Source: the human T2T-CHM13v2.0 reference genome, Homo sapiens
Length of the DNA: 64,000 nucleotides
Assembly (NCBI RefSeq): GCF_009914755.1
Contig: NC_060925.1
Direction: 5' to 3' (one strand)
Part shown: piece after piece, positions 41,011 to 53,829 of the stretch
Numbering within the stretch: position 1 is the first letter of the stretch
Layout of the letters: every line of letters starts with the position of its first letter
Position numbers and translations under genes: made by a program
Notes under the pieces: generated by a model
Seen by the model: only the letters and a program-made list of their open reading frames with translations
What the model was told of the DNA's origin: nothing
Database searches by the model: none

Positions 41011-41779
41011 AAGAAGTGTGGCATTAGCAACATATTCAAAAGTCTAAATGCTTATAAGCTGCTTTGAAAAACACATTCAAAAGTAGAAACAAGGTTTTAG
41101 GGAAGCAAAGATAGGAAACATGAATGAGGGTTTAGTAAACATAGCATAAGACACTTGTTATCGAGGCAAAAGGATTAATTGAGCAGTAACATCATCAGCT
41201 ATGGTTGGACAGAGGAGTGGAGATAACAGAAGTGCTATATCCCTGCACAAATAAGGAATCCATTTTCAGTTTAGACTCCAAGCAGGAAGATACTGCTGCT
41301 GCCTCTTGAAGTACTTCGTTCTTTTTCTCTGAAGCTTGAAAAGTCACTTTACCCAGGAGTGGGTGAATCTGGGGTGTTGTTTCTGTGCCTCTTCACGCAA
41401 CTTGATTGGCATATAAAGATACTGCTATAGGTCTCTGGGTACTTCAGTTTCTATTGCCTAAAATATGCTTCCAAAATTAGAAAATATGAGCTTAACTCTC
41501 GTAAGAGCTGAAGAAGAGTTTACAACCTTAGAAGACATAGCTCTGTAATTCTGAAATAACTCAAAAACTATTTTAAAATTTCTTCTTCTCCAGTCTTCCT
41601 TCTTCCAACACATAACATTTTCCCAAGGGAAGGCTTGTAAAAGCTTCTCAACAGAGAAAACTCTTAGGAAAGAAATGGAAAATTATAGCCATATCAATGA
41701 AACCTAAAAATCAGGCAAAATACATAAAAGGGAAAGAGATGTTATTCCTCCAGATTTATACATTCACATCTTAACTGAT

Positions 41780-42052
41780 GAAAGCTTCTCTGATAGAAGT
41801 GTGCCCTGACCCCCTGACATGACATAACCTCCACAGTCATTTTCTTCACAATCATTTCTTATATTCACCTGCTTTATTGTCTTCATAGCACTCTGTCACT
41901 ATCTGAAATAGTTGTTCTGCTTGCACCGTTACCGACAATTCCTCATCCCCCATTTGAATGTAGACACTGAGATCAGAGCCTCTTCTCCATTTAGCTTAGT
42001 GTCTAGCACATACTAGACATTGAATAACATGTGGTGAATGAATGAGTGAATG
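41780..42052 (+). mobile_element. L2 3' end
   Basis: gctttattgtcttcatagcact..tcactatctgaaat...tgaatgaatgagtgaatga. Confidence 0.75.
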
Positions 42053-42532
42053 AGATGTTCCATGGCAGAGTTCATCTCCCACCTCTGGTTGACATTCAGT
42101 CCCAGCAAGGATGTGCAGCTATCAAGAAGTAAGCACACACTCCGATATTACATCTTTGGGACATTCTTCTTCGGACTGTTGCAAAAAATTTCCTTGTAAT
42201 GTATACAGAGAGCAATTGAAAACTCTGAAACTCTAATGCATTAGACAAATATAGATCTTTTAATGAATACTTTTATTTAATAACCAGAATAGCCCTTAGG
42301 TATTGTCTAATTCACAGCTCTTTATATATAGCAATGGAGAAATTAAAATTAAATGGCTTTTTTTTCCAAGGTCACAAGCTAGTCTTAGCTTTAGCCAGTA
42401 TGAAATGCCACGTCTCTGAACTCCTAGCCTGGTGCTCATTTTACTGGAGCCAAGAAGATACCTTCATTGCTGGGCAAAGGAATGAACAATGATTGAGTAC
42501 CTAACACGTTTCTAGGCACTTTGTTAACTGCT

Positions 42533-43255
42533 TGTGGTAGACAATGTGTGTTGCTGACCCAAGCACCATTTCTTCTTCCTTTCTTCCTTACAGAATCCCA
42601 AATTTTTAAAGTCAGCATCCCATCAGTAGCTCCAGAGTCAGATTCTGTCTAGTCTAAGTCAATTCATGCTTAGCAGGTCCCATTACAACAGCCACTGGTC
42701 CAGGGGTGGCCACGTAATTTAATTCGGTCCAATCGAATTGAAGGAACAGAAATGAGCCATGCCTGGAGGACATGATTCTCTTCCCACCTTCCCCTTTCCT
42801 CTGCTAGTTATAAACAGGGAGATCTACAGCCCAATGGCTGCTGGTAGCCATCTTGTGGCCATAAAGAGATTCATCTTTAGAATGAAATCACTGCTGAAGA
42901 TAGTAATGTCTATATTTATATTAAGGGTCAGTAAACTCTGCAAAGAATCATATAGTAAATATTTTAGCATTGCCAATCTGATGGTCCTTGGTTCCTGCAG
43001 CAACTATTCGACTCAGACATTATAGTGCAAAAGTCACCAGAATGACATGGCTATGGTTCAGTAATATTTCGTTTTCAAAAAAAAAAGTCATCAGGCTGTT
43101 TAAATCATTGAACCCTTTTGACATCATTGAGCCACATATTTCATCATTCCTTGAGCTTATCCTGCACATTAACTCCCAATATTTGAGATGATCAATTTCC
43201 TTATGATTTAAACTGGCTTTAGTAAGAGAATTTTTAAATGTTATTACTAAAACCA
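42533..43255 (+). mobile_element. Old MLT1 (J/K-like) LTR interrupted by a MER58-like element (about 42922-43080)
   Basis: tgtggtagac start, gctgctggtagccatcttg, tgacatcattgagcc; insert begins agggtcagtaaact...tagtaaatattttag. Confidence 0.6.
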
Positions 43256-46200
43256 AATCAATATAATTAATTCAGCATTTATATACATTATTACTCATAA
43301 TATTCACAAAACTCCCATAAAGCTGATATTAGTAGACTCATTCTTAAGATAAGAAAATAGAACCAAAGTTTCAGAGTCTTTGAAAATACTGGTTCAAAAA
43401 CCAGCATTTGAACCTAAATATGTCTAATCTTCTACTCTATGATGACCCAACTCCCAATTATCTATTCCTCAGCACTTAAAAGTGGAAGAACAGTAGCTGC
43501 TTCAGTAAAGTTCCAAACCCACCACCAGCTTATCAAACAGAAAATGATTTCATGCAGGGAAGTGTGCACTTAGAAAGTCTTTTGAAGGGCTGGAGGAATG
43601 GATGTCAGTGGACTGCCCTTGAATTTTTAGTTTCTAGGTCATACCATTATATGTGAAATCCAGAAGTCAGGCAGTGGCTACTGCTATCAGTTCCTACCAC
43701 TGTAGCCACCATAGCCTCCTCACACCAATGGCTCCCCAGAATGTCATGTTGAACCACTATAAACTTCATAACTGTCAAATTTTACCTGTAGCTACAGCTG
43801 CATGAAAATGGCCTCTGCCTCACTTCTGATTTCCAAATCTCTTACAAGTGCATGTAAATGACTCCAGCTGCAAAGGAGTTTGGGAAGTATACTTTTTAAC
43901 CTCTCCAATAGGAGGATCAAATGGAGATTGGTAAGACTTCTCTTCAGAAGATTGACTAAGGCTTCTTCCTAGAATGTCTGGCATGTGTATCTCCCATACC
44001 TGACAAAGAATGAGGGCTTCGAGACAGCTAAAAAATTTTGAACAAGCTTTAAAGGACTATTTTCTCATCCCCAGTCCCATCAGCTGAGCCAGAATAATGA
44101 CTTCATAGTAATTTTTCCCTGTACCTTTGAGGGAAAGTAATGCATTCATTATTGGAATAAAAGTGGTTCATGTGTATAAATCTTGCCCTTGGCAAAATAA
44201 ATTATCAAAGCTCATGCCAATGGGAGAGATGGCAGGTCCATGATGCTAAGAGCCAAGTTCCATAAAGTGATAGGGAAGCAGCTTTCTTTTATCCAAAAGA
44301 ATTTATGTTTTGTGGCTCAGTGTTGGTGAGGTATTGATCTTCCAAATGAGACACTGTGGCCACTGTAAATAAATTCAATAGATGTGTAGTTGGCCTAAGA
44401 ATATAACCTCAGTTATTTAAAACATGTGGCACTTGATGTAGATCACCTTCCAGTGGTCCTGTGTGGAAGAATGGAGCTTCCACCCAGTACAAAGAGTACT
44501 CTGGGACTCCATGCCTAAGCTCCTTAATTAGCATAGTACATGTTTGGGGGTAAATAACTCCACCTCTCTCAATCTTAATTTCCACAGCCCTGAAATTTGG
44601 ACATGATAGTATGGGAGGATTCATGAGAAAATGTGTGTGGAATGATTTGAACTTCTTGAAGAATACATACTCAGGAATACTGCTATTTGTGATGAGATAG
44701 TGTCAGATGCATAAATTTGGGTTCTTTGAATTACTGGCATACAGGAAAACAGCAAATCTAGGTCAACAGAGACCTTTTTCTCAGACTGCCTTTACTATGA
44801 ATAAAAGACAAAGGAACTTTTCTAACTTTCTCAGAAAAGTGTCAACTTCTATAATTATTTCAATAAATAATCTTCCTCCAGGAGGATATAATTTTAAGGT
44901 GTGTGCAGTGTCCTTTTAAAGACAGGTTTGTAGGTCTCACTTTCTTTTATTTCCAAGTTATCCCCTGGCAACAAGGGCTGTTTATGTGGAGTATTAAACA
45001 AGCTTCAGGACTGTGCACAGAACTCACTCCTATTATATCTTATTTTAATCTGATATTACCAAACTTCCCATGAACTAAAAAAAAAATACCCATAAATTTT
45101 AAGTCCAGTGAGATTTCTGTTTTCTCTAAAAATTAGAGAGCTGAACTGTGTTTTGTGTGAGATCATCCAACAGTTTTTTAAAAAAATCTTACTTCAGAAT
45201 CACATTGAAATCATTATGTCTTCTGGAAACCAGCTGATAGCCAAAACATTTATTTAAATTGTTTATAAAATGGGTGGGTGGTATTTCATAATAGTTATTG
45301 GTTTACTATGCATGACCTGTTGATCTACCTGTTGAAACCATTATTTTAAAATGTACTTCCCCCAAAAATGCTACTTCTGTATATTTGTTTTTATCAAATA
45401 TAAATTTACCTAGCTCTTTTAAGACACAGATCTCACCCACTGAATTATGACTAACATGAATTTTGGAAATTGTCCTATTTTGATATGTCAGGAGAGAACG
45501 TTTTACTAGCAGGTTTCATTAGCCAAGGTGGACCAGTGGGTATTTTCTGACATTGCAAAAGCAGCTTCAAAGTGCCACTTTCTTTTCCAGGATGGGTCAA
45601 ATAAAACAACTCTACTCCATTCTGTAAGAGATTCAGGCACAGAAAGGAGAAGATACTGGGCTGCTGACACATTTTCTATTCATAAATGCTTCTGTTTATA
45701 GTAGAAAATATGACATTCACCATGAGCTGACCAGCCATCAGTTCTGACATTTATCAGCATCACTTTAGAAACCCATGTGGAAAGGCAGAAAAGCAGAAGG
45801 GAACAGAAACTCACATGCCACTTGCAGCAGAATGCTTGTGCCATCCTGACTCCCCCTCTCTGAAAGCCTGACTGTGCACCATCCTCCTTGATAACAACTA
45901 CCACCCACTGAGCAAGCCTGCGGTAGGTTATGTAGGTTCTAGGGGAAGGGGATACAAAGTTATGTTGGACACTTGGAAATGCTTAGAATCCAGTCGGGGA
46001 GCCAGCACAGGAAACAGTAACATCTGAATGCATAGCCAGCTACTGGCCCTCTACATGTATAGCCAGCTAATAATGTGTGTGTGTGCATGCACACACACAT
46101 GACTAGAAGAGGCATTGTGCCTGGCAGTGAAATGACAGAGGAAAGGCATTTATTGTATGAGGGAAAAAAAAGTAGGGAAGTGGTATCTTAAGAGCAAAAC

Positions 46201-47793
46201 ATACAGTCTATTCCTTCCACTCCAAATAATTGAAGGCTTCTGAATGTGCATTCCAAATTTTGAGATTAAATGAATAAGGCCAACCTGCTGCTGATGGCCA
46301 CAGTCAGAAAGGAGGGAAGAGACCACCCAACCCAGGACAGGAAGTGGAGCAGACTTCATCTGGAACTTGGGAATGCCTGCCTCCATGAAAAAAAGTGTAA
46401 GTGAGATTTCCCCCTTTTTGATCCATCTTCAACCACTTGATAAATTTTCACAAAATCAGTAATTTCCCAAAGTGGTTGTGATGGAGCAGGGTAGCTTCCT
46501 ATTTGCAAGCATCGGGTTAAGTATCTATGTTTTAAAAGAATTAAACATGTTAATATAATACTGTGCCAATAGTGCTTACAAAACATGTGTGTGGGAGACA
46601 CACTGCTGAGTTTCAGGAAATAAATATCCCTTAACACAACACATTGTAATCAAAGAAGCATATTCACAAAACGTTAAAACTTTTTGCCAACTTCATGTCA
46701 GCAAGCCCAGAGGGAGAGAACACGTATGCTCTTTTTCAATAGAGTATCACATTATAGACCCATTCAATAAGGTCTGTATGAGTTCATTTGTTTCCAGATA
46801 AAGATTTCTGTGTGTGGGGAGACCTAACAACAACAACAAAAAAAGGCTTCGTGGAGAACGGACAAATTAGTTGGTGTTTTAAAAGACAGAAGTATGCAGA
46901 CAGTGAAAGAGGAATTTGGAGGAAATGTGTTGGGAAGGGTACCAGTAAATCTTAAACTGAGGGAAGAGCTCAGGCGAAACCTCCAGTGATCTTCACAACG
47001 CTCAGGAGAATGCTTATACATGATTTGCACACAAAATATTGAATTTGAAAAAATCTTATATTGAATTCCCAAGCCACTTGTAGAATGCAATGTGGCACAC
47101 TAATGTGGTAGAAGGGACATAAAACAAACAAACAAACTCCCTACACAAATACCCATGGGAAAGGAAGAACAGCCTCACAGAACTTCAAAAAGAGAAAACA
47201 AAGAAAAAAAAATCTCATTTTCCAATGTATGCAAACATGTATTTTCTGAGCAAAGACAGGATTACAAGTAGGCAGAATATAAGATTTGAAAAGCAAAAGG
47301 AAAGGTTACATCTCCCCACCACCTACCACTCACAAACCAGTTCATCCACAGGCAAGCTGATACTGAGACTCTACAACTACATATTTATACTTTTGACTTA
47401 AATGTGGCCTTCTCTTGAACAGCAAATAATCCCGAGATTTACAAATTAAGCCACATGAGGCATTTACACATTAAAGAAATGAATTTTTAAGTCTTTCTTA
47501 AGATAGAGATTTTTGGGTTTGGAAGACAGAGAAAGAATGAGAGTACTTATGGGAAGATGGCATGGGTTAGGGGTTAGTAGCTTAATTCATAGATTAAAAG
47601 GAAGACCTTTATAGGAATCTGGTTGTATAGCTAGGAGCCAAACAGCCCCTTCCTGATCAAAAATGTTTTCATCTAGTCTTTTACAATAGAAATTTATTTA
47701 TCTTGTTTTAAAGTATTCTTTATGTCATGCATGTAAATACCAATAAGGTATTTAAATATTCCCATATTGACAAGTATCACTTTGCTTCTAATC

Positions 47794-47931
47794 TTTTTTT
47801 TTTTTTTTTTTGAGATAGGGTCTCACTATATTGCCCAGGCTGGTCTCGAACTTCTGGGCTCAAGCTATCCTCCCACTCCACTTCACCATCCTGAGTAGCT
47901 AGGATTATAGGCACAAGCCACCTCACCTGGA
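47794..47931 (-). mobile_element. FLAM (free left Alu monomer)
   Basis: Monomer with poly(T); TSD tttgcttc(t/c)aatc at 47781-47793 and 47932-47944. Confidence 0.9.
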
Positions 47932-48171
47932 TTTGCTTCCAATCATTTTCTATAAGCAAAATGTTACATGAAAATACTTGTATTTATATCTTTGTAATTT
48001 TGTGCAAGAATTTCTAAAAGAAAAAAATCTTAGAAATCCTAGAAAAATCCCAAGTCAAAAGGCACTTGTATATATAATTTTGAAAGGTCTTGTCATATTG
48101 CTCTCCATAGAAGATACACCAATGCATCTTCCTACCTGCAATGTATAGAACACCTGTGTCCCCATATTCTT

Positions 48172-48486
48172 TTTCCTTTTTTTTTTTTTTGAGACGAAGT
48201 CTTGTTCTTGTCACCCAGGCTAGAGTGCAGTGGCACGATCTTGGCTCACTACAACCTCCACCTCCCAGGCAGAGAATCAAGAGAATCAAGTGATTGTCCT
48301 GCCTCAGCCTCCCCAGTAGCTGGATTACAGGCACCTGCCACCACGACCGGCCAAATTTCGTATTTTTAGTAGACACAGGGTTTCACCATGTTGGTCAGGC
48401 TGGTCTCAAACTCCTGACCTCAGGTGATCTGCCTGCCTCAGCTCCAAAAGTGCTGGGATTTCAGGCATGAGCCACTGCACCTGGCC
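48172..48486 (-). mobile_element. AluSx-like, full length
   Basis: Perfect 17-bp TSD tgtgtccccatattctt at 48155-48171 and 48487-48503. Confidence 0.95.
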
Positions 48487-50769
48487 TGTGTCCCCATATT
48501 CTTGCCAACATAGTGTATTATCAAACTTGTTGATCTTTGCCAATCTGAAAAGCAAAAGTAGTATTCCCTTACAGTTTCAACTGCTTTTTACTTGATTTAC
48601 AGTTTATCTGGGTAGAAAATTTAGGGATCATATTCTTTACAGGTTGTGGTTATTGCTTCAAAACACTCTAGCATTTTATATTAATGTAGAGCTAATAAGG
48701 ATGACCTTATTTTTCTTCCCCTAGAAGGGTCTTTAACCTTTTGCCTGCTTGAGGAGTCCTTTATTATATTTCAAGTCCAGTAGTGTTAACAGAATATGTC
48801 CTTTAAATATATAGACTTAGGTCTCCTTTTATAAATAAGTCCTCTTGAATTATATTTTCAAATACATTTGAATCATCCACCACTTTTCTAAACTCTACAA
48901 GCTCATATTTCTTTCCATAGTCTTCTCATATCTTTCCTGAACTCTTACATGAATTTTTTGTGCTTTTATTTTATGAAAGCAGTTGCTTTAAGTCTTATTT
49001 TAATTTCATTGATACATTTAGGAAAAACTTTTATTGTTCTGTGAAAAACAGGTTTGTTTTCCAGAGATTATTCTGTAACTGCCATTTGGTTTTTATGTTC
49101 TCTTTAAAAATGACAATACATACTATGCTAGTTTTTGTTGTTTTTAAGAATATACCTTTTTCATTTGACTAAAAATCCTTGACCAGCTCTTTCCAGAAAA
49201 TGTGGCAGGGGAACAGAGTCATGCTCAAGTCTAAAAAGACAGAATTATATATGTTATTTCAATTTTACTTCGCCCCAGTCTACCAAAATCAATTCTGCAG
49301 AGCTGCTCACAATGTGAAATTTCCTTATGTCCTCTACCTCACTGATACTCTACCTGCAAATGCAGCTCATCTGTGAACATGGCCCATGCAGATTTCCCTC
49401 TCTATTTCTCCTCAGAATCAGAGTCAGGGAATTTCCCACTAAGAGTCCCTAGACCTTGGTCCTGTTGTAAAGAAAAACGTGCTGTTTTGCAATAGGTTAT
49501 GCCACTTAAGTTAGAAAGGAATGCTTTGCCAACATTTTCTGAGCTCTGAAGTTATGACCATTTTTTTCCAGTGTCTCTCTCCACTCACACCTGTTTCACC
49601 TTGACTGATTTGGGCTGCTCGCTTCTTATTTTGCAATTCAGAGATTTAAGTAGTCTGCTGGTTTCAACCAAAAATTTAACGTTTTTGCTTTTTATTTTTC
49701 TGGTTAGTTTTTAATAATAATTGAAAGAAAAAAATAAGAAATGGTCATTTTAATCAGCCACCATAAAACTAAATTTTTTAATGTTTCTTTAAGGGAATAT
49801 TTTAACTATATTTTGTTTCTTGTATTGTAATTGGTCTATTTAGGTTATCTACTTTTCTTGAGTCAATGTTGGTAATTTACATTTTTCTAGAAACTATGCA
49901 TTTCATCTGGATTCTAGATTTTTTAAAAATGTATATGCTATTTTACATATATTTCGTTACATGTATAATGATTACATATATGATAAAAATGATATATGTT
50001 ATTCTTTTTATTTTTAAAAAGTTCTCTTTATCTGTAATTATATCCCCTTATCTTCTTTCTTCAAGTAACTTACAAAGTAGATTGGTACAGATTACCAGAT
50101 ACTTTTCAATGTTGTTTAATTCATAATTTTTTCTTTGCAAATTCTGATTTACTTGCATTTTACTTATTATTTTCCTTGATTTAGAATACAATACTTTATA
50201 TTAAACTATGTTGTTTTCAATTAAGCATTTTGGGGATTGTGAAATTAACTCTGAATATTGCTTTTATTGTATCTCGGAGGGATTGATGGTTAATATTCTC
50301 ACTGTTTGTTTTTAAAAAGTTTCTAACACCAATTTTGATTCTCTGTTTATTGTCACTGTTATGCATTTTTTTAATTTCTATGGTAAATGGATTTAATTGG
50401 CTATTAATTCATTGTTCTTTTCTAAATTTATGCATGTAGTTTAATGATATAGTCTAAATTATATCCATTTGGTATTTTGTTTTTAATTTCTTGAGATGAT
50501 GATTAATGACTAATGTCTAGTAAATTATTTTAGATATTTCATTAATGTTAAAAATAATGTATATTCTTAGCTTAAGTAACATATTTCTATGTTTAGTAAA
50601 TATATGTTGTTCATCATGTTTTAAAAATTTCCCGTATTCTTAGTTTCCAAGAAAAAAGCATTAAAGTGCCATAGAATATTAAAGAGCAATTAAAAGAATG
50701 AAGATCTCTTCATATGCTGGTAAGAAAAGTCTTCCATATGTTTAGTGTTAAACTAAGTTTGGAACATCT

Positions 50770-51062
50770 CCTACAAGTCTTTGCCCAAATATTCTCAGTG
50801 AAGCTTGCCTGGCCATCTTATTTAAAATTGCGGCACTCCTCACTACACACACAAACTTCTCACCCCTCTTCCTCTGCTGTGCAATTTCACCGCATTGCCA
50901 TCTTCTAAGATGTTACATGATTTGATATGTGATGCATATTGCTCATCATCTGCTTTTCTCCACTAGAATGGAAACTTCACAAGCCCAGTAGTTTTTGCTT
51001 CCTTTGGTGACCAATGTATCTTGGTGCCTGTACATGTGGGTGCTCAGTAGTTACAGGTTGAA
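50770..51062 (+). mobile_element. L2 3' end
   Basis: ttctcagtgaagcttgcctggcca...ccactagaatggaaacttcac...gtgggtgctcagt. Confidence 0.75.
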
Positions 51063-52931
51063 AATATTAGTATGTGCATTACGGTAATTCATGTAAAAAC
51101 AAAACCACAAGCTACTTTGGAAACAAGTATATGCAAATGTATAGAAAAAGATCTGGCAGTACACTCACCAAATTATTAACAGTGTTTGATTTGAAGGTGT
51201 GACTGAAAAATCAAGGCAGCTATTACCTTTTATCAGATATCTTTCCATTACCTGCTAAATTTCATACTTAAAGAGTATTGTCTTTGTCATTGCAATGTTA
51301 AAATTTTTATTTGGAATAATAAACCATTCAGAAAACAGTTAAATATTTTGATAACAAAGAGTAATAGATGAGGACTATCCTTGACATACATGAAAATACA
51401 CTGTAAGATTCCAATCATTCAATTAGAATGGTATTGATAAGAGAACAGACCTACAAATCATGGAACTAGACAGATATCTGATATAGATTACTTAGCATAT
51501 GTAAGAAAGTACCACATAACAAAAGAGACCTTTCAAATCAGTGACAAATAGAAGGATATAGGAATAACTATTAGCTTTTGGAAAGACAGGGTAAAACAAT
51601 GTAAATTTTCACTTTATGTATAAAAATATGAGTAGATTTGTGAACATGAAACATAGCACTCAGCACAGAAAACATCATAAATAAAATTTAAAGTCCAATA
51701 TTGTCTTAGAAAAAATTTTGAACAAACATAAAGACATTAGGTTGAGATCCTTATTAAATTAAGGTCACTAATGAAAAACACTAAAACTCTAGTAAATAGA
51801 CCAAGCTGTTAAGTATGTAGAACTGATTCAACTATAAACCACCAGTTTGTTTCTCTGATTTAATGGGACAAAAGGCACTTGCAGATGGTTACTTTATACA
51901 GAGTGACTCTATGAACAAAGTCTGTGGAATCCACAAACAGCACACTTGCAGAATTTTGAAAAAGCTTTGAGATTGTGGGAGTACTGCCCTTTACATAAAC
52001 TGAGACTTCCCACATTTATTTTTATTGTAGTTTAAACACAATTCAAGGATGCTAGTTCAATGACAAATCTGCACGAAGTAAACTGGGACAAGAGATTATT
52101 CAATTGCCCAGAACAGGAAGAATTTATCTCTCTATCATCCCTGTCAATAATAATTAGCCCTTTCTGAAAAGGGTGTTGTAGATACACAGTCAAAATGATC
52201 CTTAAAGGGAGGATATAATTTGGCTTACAGAAATCCATTACCAACAAATAACTGCTTGTGGAGGAAATATACAACAAAGCACCACACTTGGAAGTGATAA
52301 TCACAGTAAATAGCATCCCTAGCCTAGATTGGGTCTTATATAAGAAACTATCATATTGCCAATTAACAAGTATTTTCTCAGTGTGATGACACTTTGAAAT
52401 GACTAAATACAAAATTGGGAGGAGAAAAGAAATTGCTTAGTCTCCTCCCTACCCCTCATCCCCCGCCTCCACAGCCCCCCAAACTACACAAGAGAAAACT
52501 CAATAATTCTGTAAGAATGATTTTCCTGGCTCAGTTTTATAAGAGACTTGGAAATAATACAACATCAGTTTATAAACCAGACAGGGCTTGGCCTGCTATG
52601 TCAACATAGAAAATCAATCCAGGAGTCCCAACCCTGCTTTGTGGCCTTTAGGGCTGCTTCAGAAATCAATTCCCGAGAAGGATAAAAGGTCACTGCCGTG
52701 GGGCTCAGGAACACATGCCTCAAATTGCCAGCTGCAGAGCTCAATTCCCCCAGGGACTTGGCAATTTTGGCTCTAAATGTGGATTCACAAGGGAGAGCCA
52801 TCCTGACCAAGCACATATGCTCTTTTGAGGTAGTGGCCATTTTCATGCCGACATTTTTGAGGACCTATCATGGGTCAGGACTGAGCTGAGGCTTTCCATG
52901 CATTGCCTCACTGAATCTCCACAATAACTCC

Positions 52932-53306
52932 TGTATGAGTCCGTTTTCACACTTCTGTAAAGAACTGCCCAAAACCGGGTAATTTATAAAGGAAAGAGGT
53001 TTAATTGACTCACAGTTTTGCACAGCTGGAGAGGCTTCAGGAAACTTACAATCATGGTGGAAGGCGAAGAGGAAGCAAAGACTTTCTTCCCATGGTGGAA
53101 GAAAAGAGACAGCGTGAATGTCAGTGCAGGAAAAACTACCATTTATAAAACTATCAGATCTCATGAGAATTTGCTCACTATCACAAGAACAGCATGGGGA
53201 AACCATATCTATAACCCAATCACTTCCCACCAGGTGTCTCTCTAAATATCTGGGGATTACAATTCAAGAGGAGATGTGGGTGTTGACACAAACCCTAACC
53301 ATATCA
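52932..53306 (-). mobile_element. THE1 (THE1C/D-like) solo LTR, inserted in a MIR
   Basis: gtaatttataaaggaaagaggtttaattgactcacagtt, ggaaacttacaatcatggtggaaggcgaag, ends aaccatatca. Confidence 0.95.
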
Positions 53307-53438
53307 GCTCTTGAGTAGATGCTATCATTATCATCATCCCCCTTCACAGAAGGGCACAGAGGGACTTAGAGCATGTGGCTGGCCAAGGTACTAATCTACC
53401 CAGTGAAGTCAGACCTTTTAACCTTTTTCTGGTATGTT

Positions 53439-53802
53439 TGTATTCATTCACTGGGGCTGACTTAACAAAGTACCACAGATTGGGTGGCTTATTCAACAGA
53501 AATTTATTTTCTCACATTTTTAGAGGCTAGAAGTCCAAGATCAAGGTGGCGTCTTCTGAGACTTCTCTATCTGGCTTGTTTTTTTCCTTTGTCTTCATAT
53601 GATCTTCCCTCTGTACCTGTCTGCTTCCTAATCTCTTCTTACAAGGACACCAGTCCTATTGGATTAGGGCCCACTTTAATGACCTCATTTAACATTCATT
53701 GCTTCCATAAAGGTCCTACATCCAAATGCAGTCACGTTCTATAGTACTGAGGGTTATCATTTTAACATATGAGTTGGGGGGAGCACAACTCAGTCCATCA
53801 CA
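53439..53802 (-). mobile_element. MLT1B-like solo LTR
   Basis: aacaaagtaccacagattgggtggctt...ggacaccagtcctattggattagggcccac...cacaactcagtccatcaca. Confidence 0.9.
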
Positions 53803-53829
53803 TTCTCTATTATTGTAATTGTTCAGATC

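Larger units (their letters stand above)
47690..50680 (-). mobile_element. Old L1M/L1ME fragments hosting the FLAM and Alu
   Basis: T-rich antisense L1 motifs (ccccatattcttgccaaca, tttgccaatctga, ttcttgagtcaatgttggtaattt, ttttctagaaactatgcatttcatct). Confidence 0.6.

Noticed and set aside
47564-47577. gggttaggggttag telomere-like sequence
   Set aside because: Only two imperfect units
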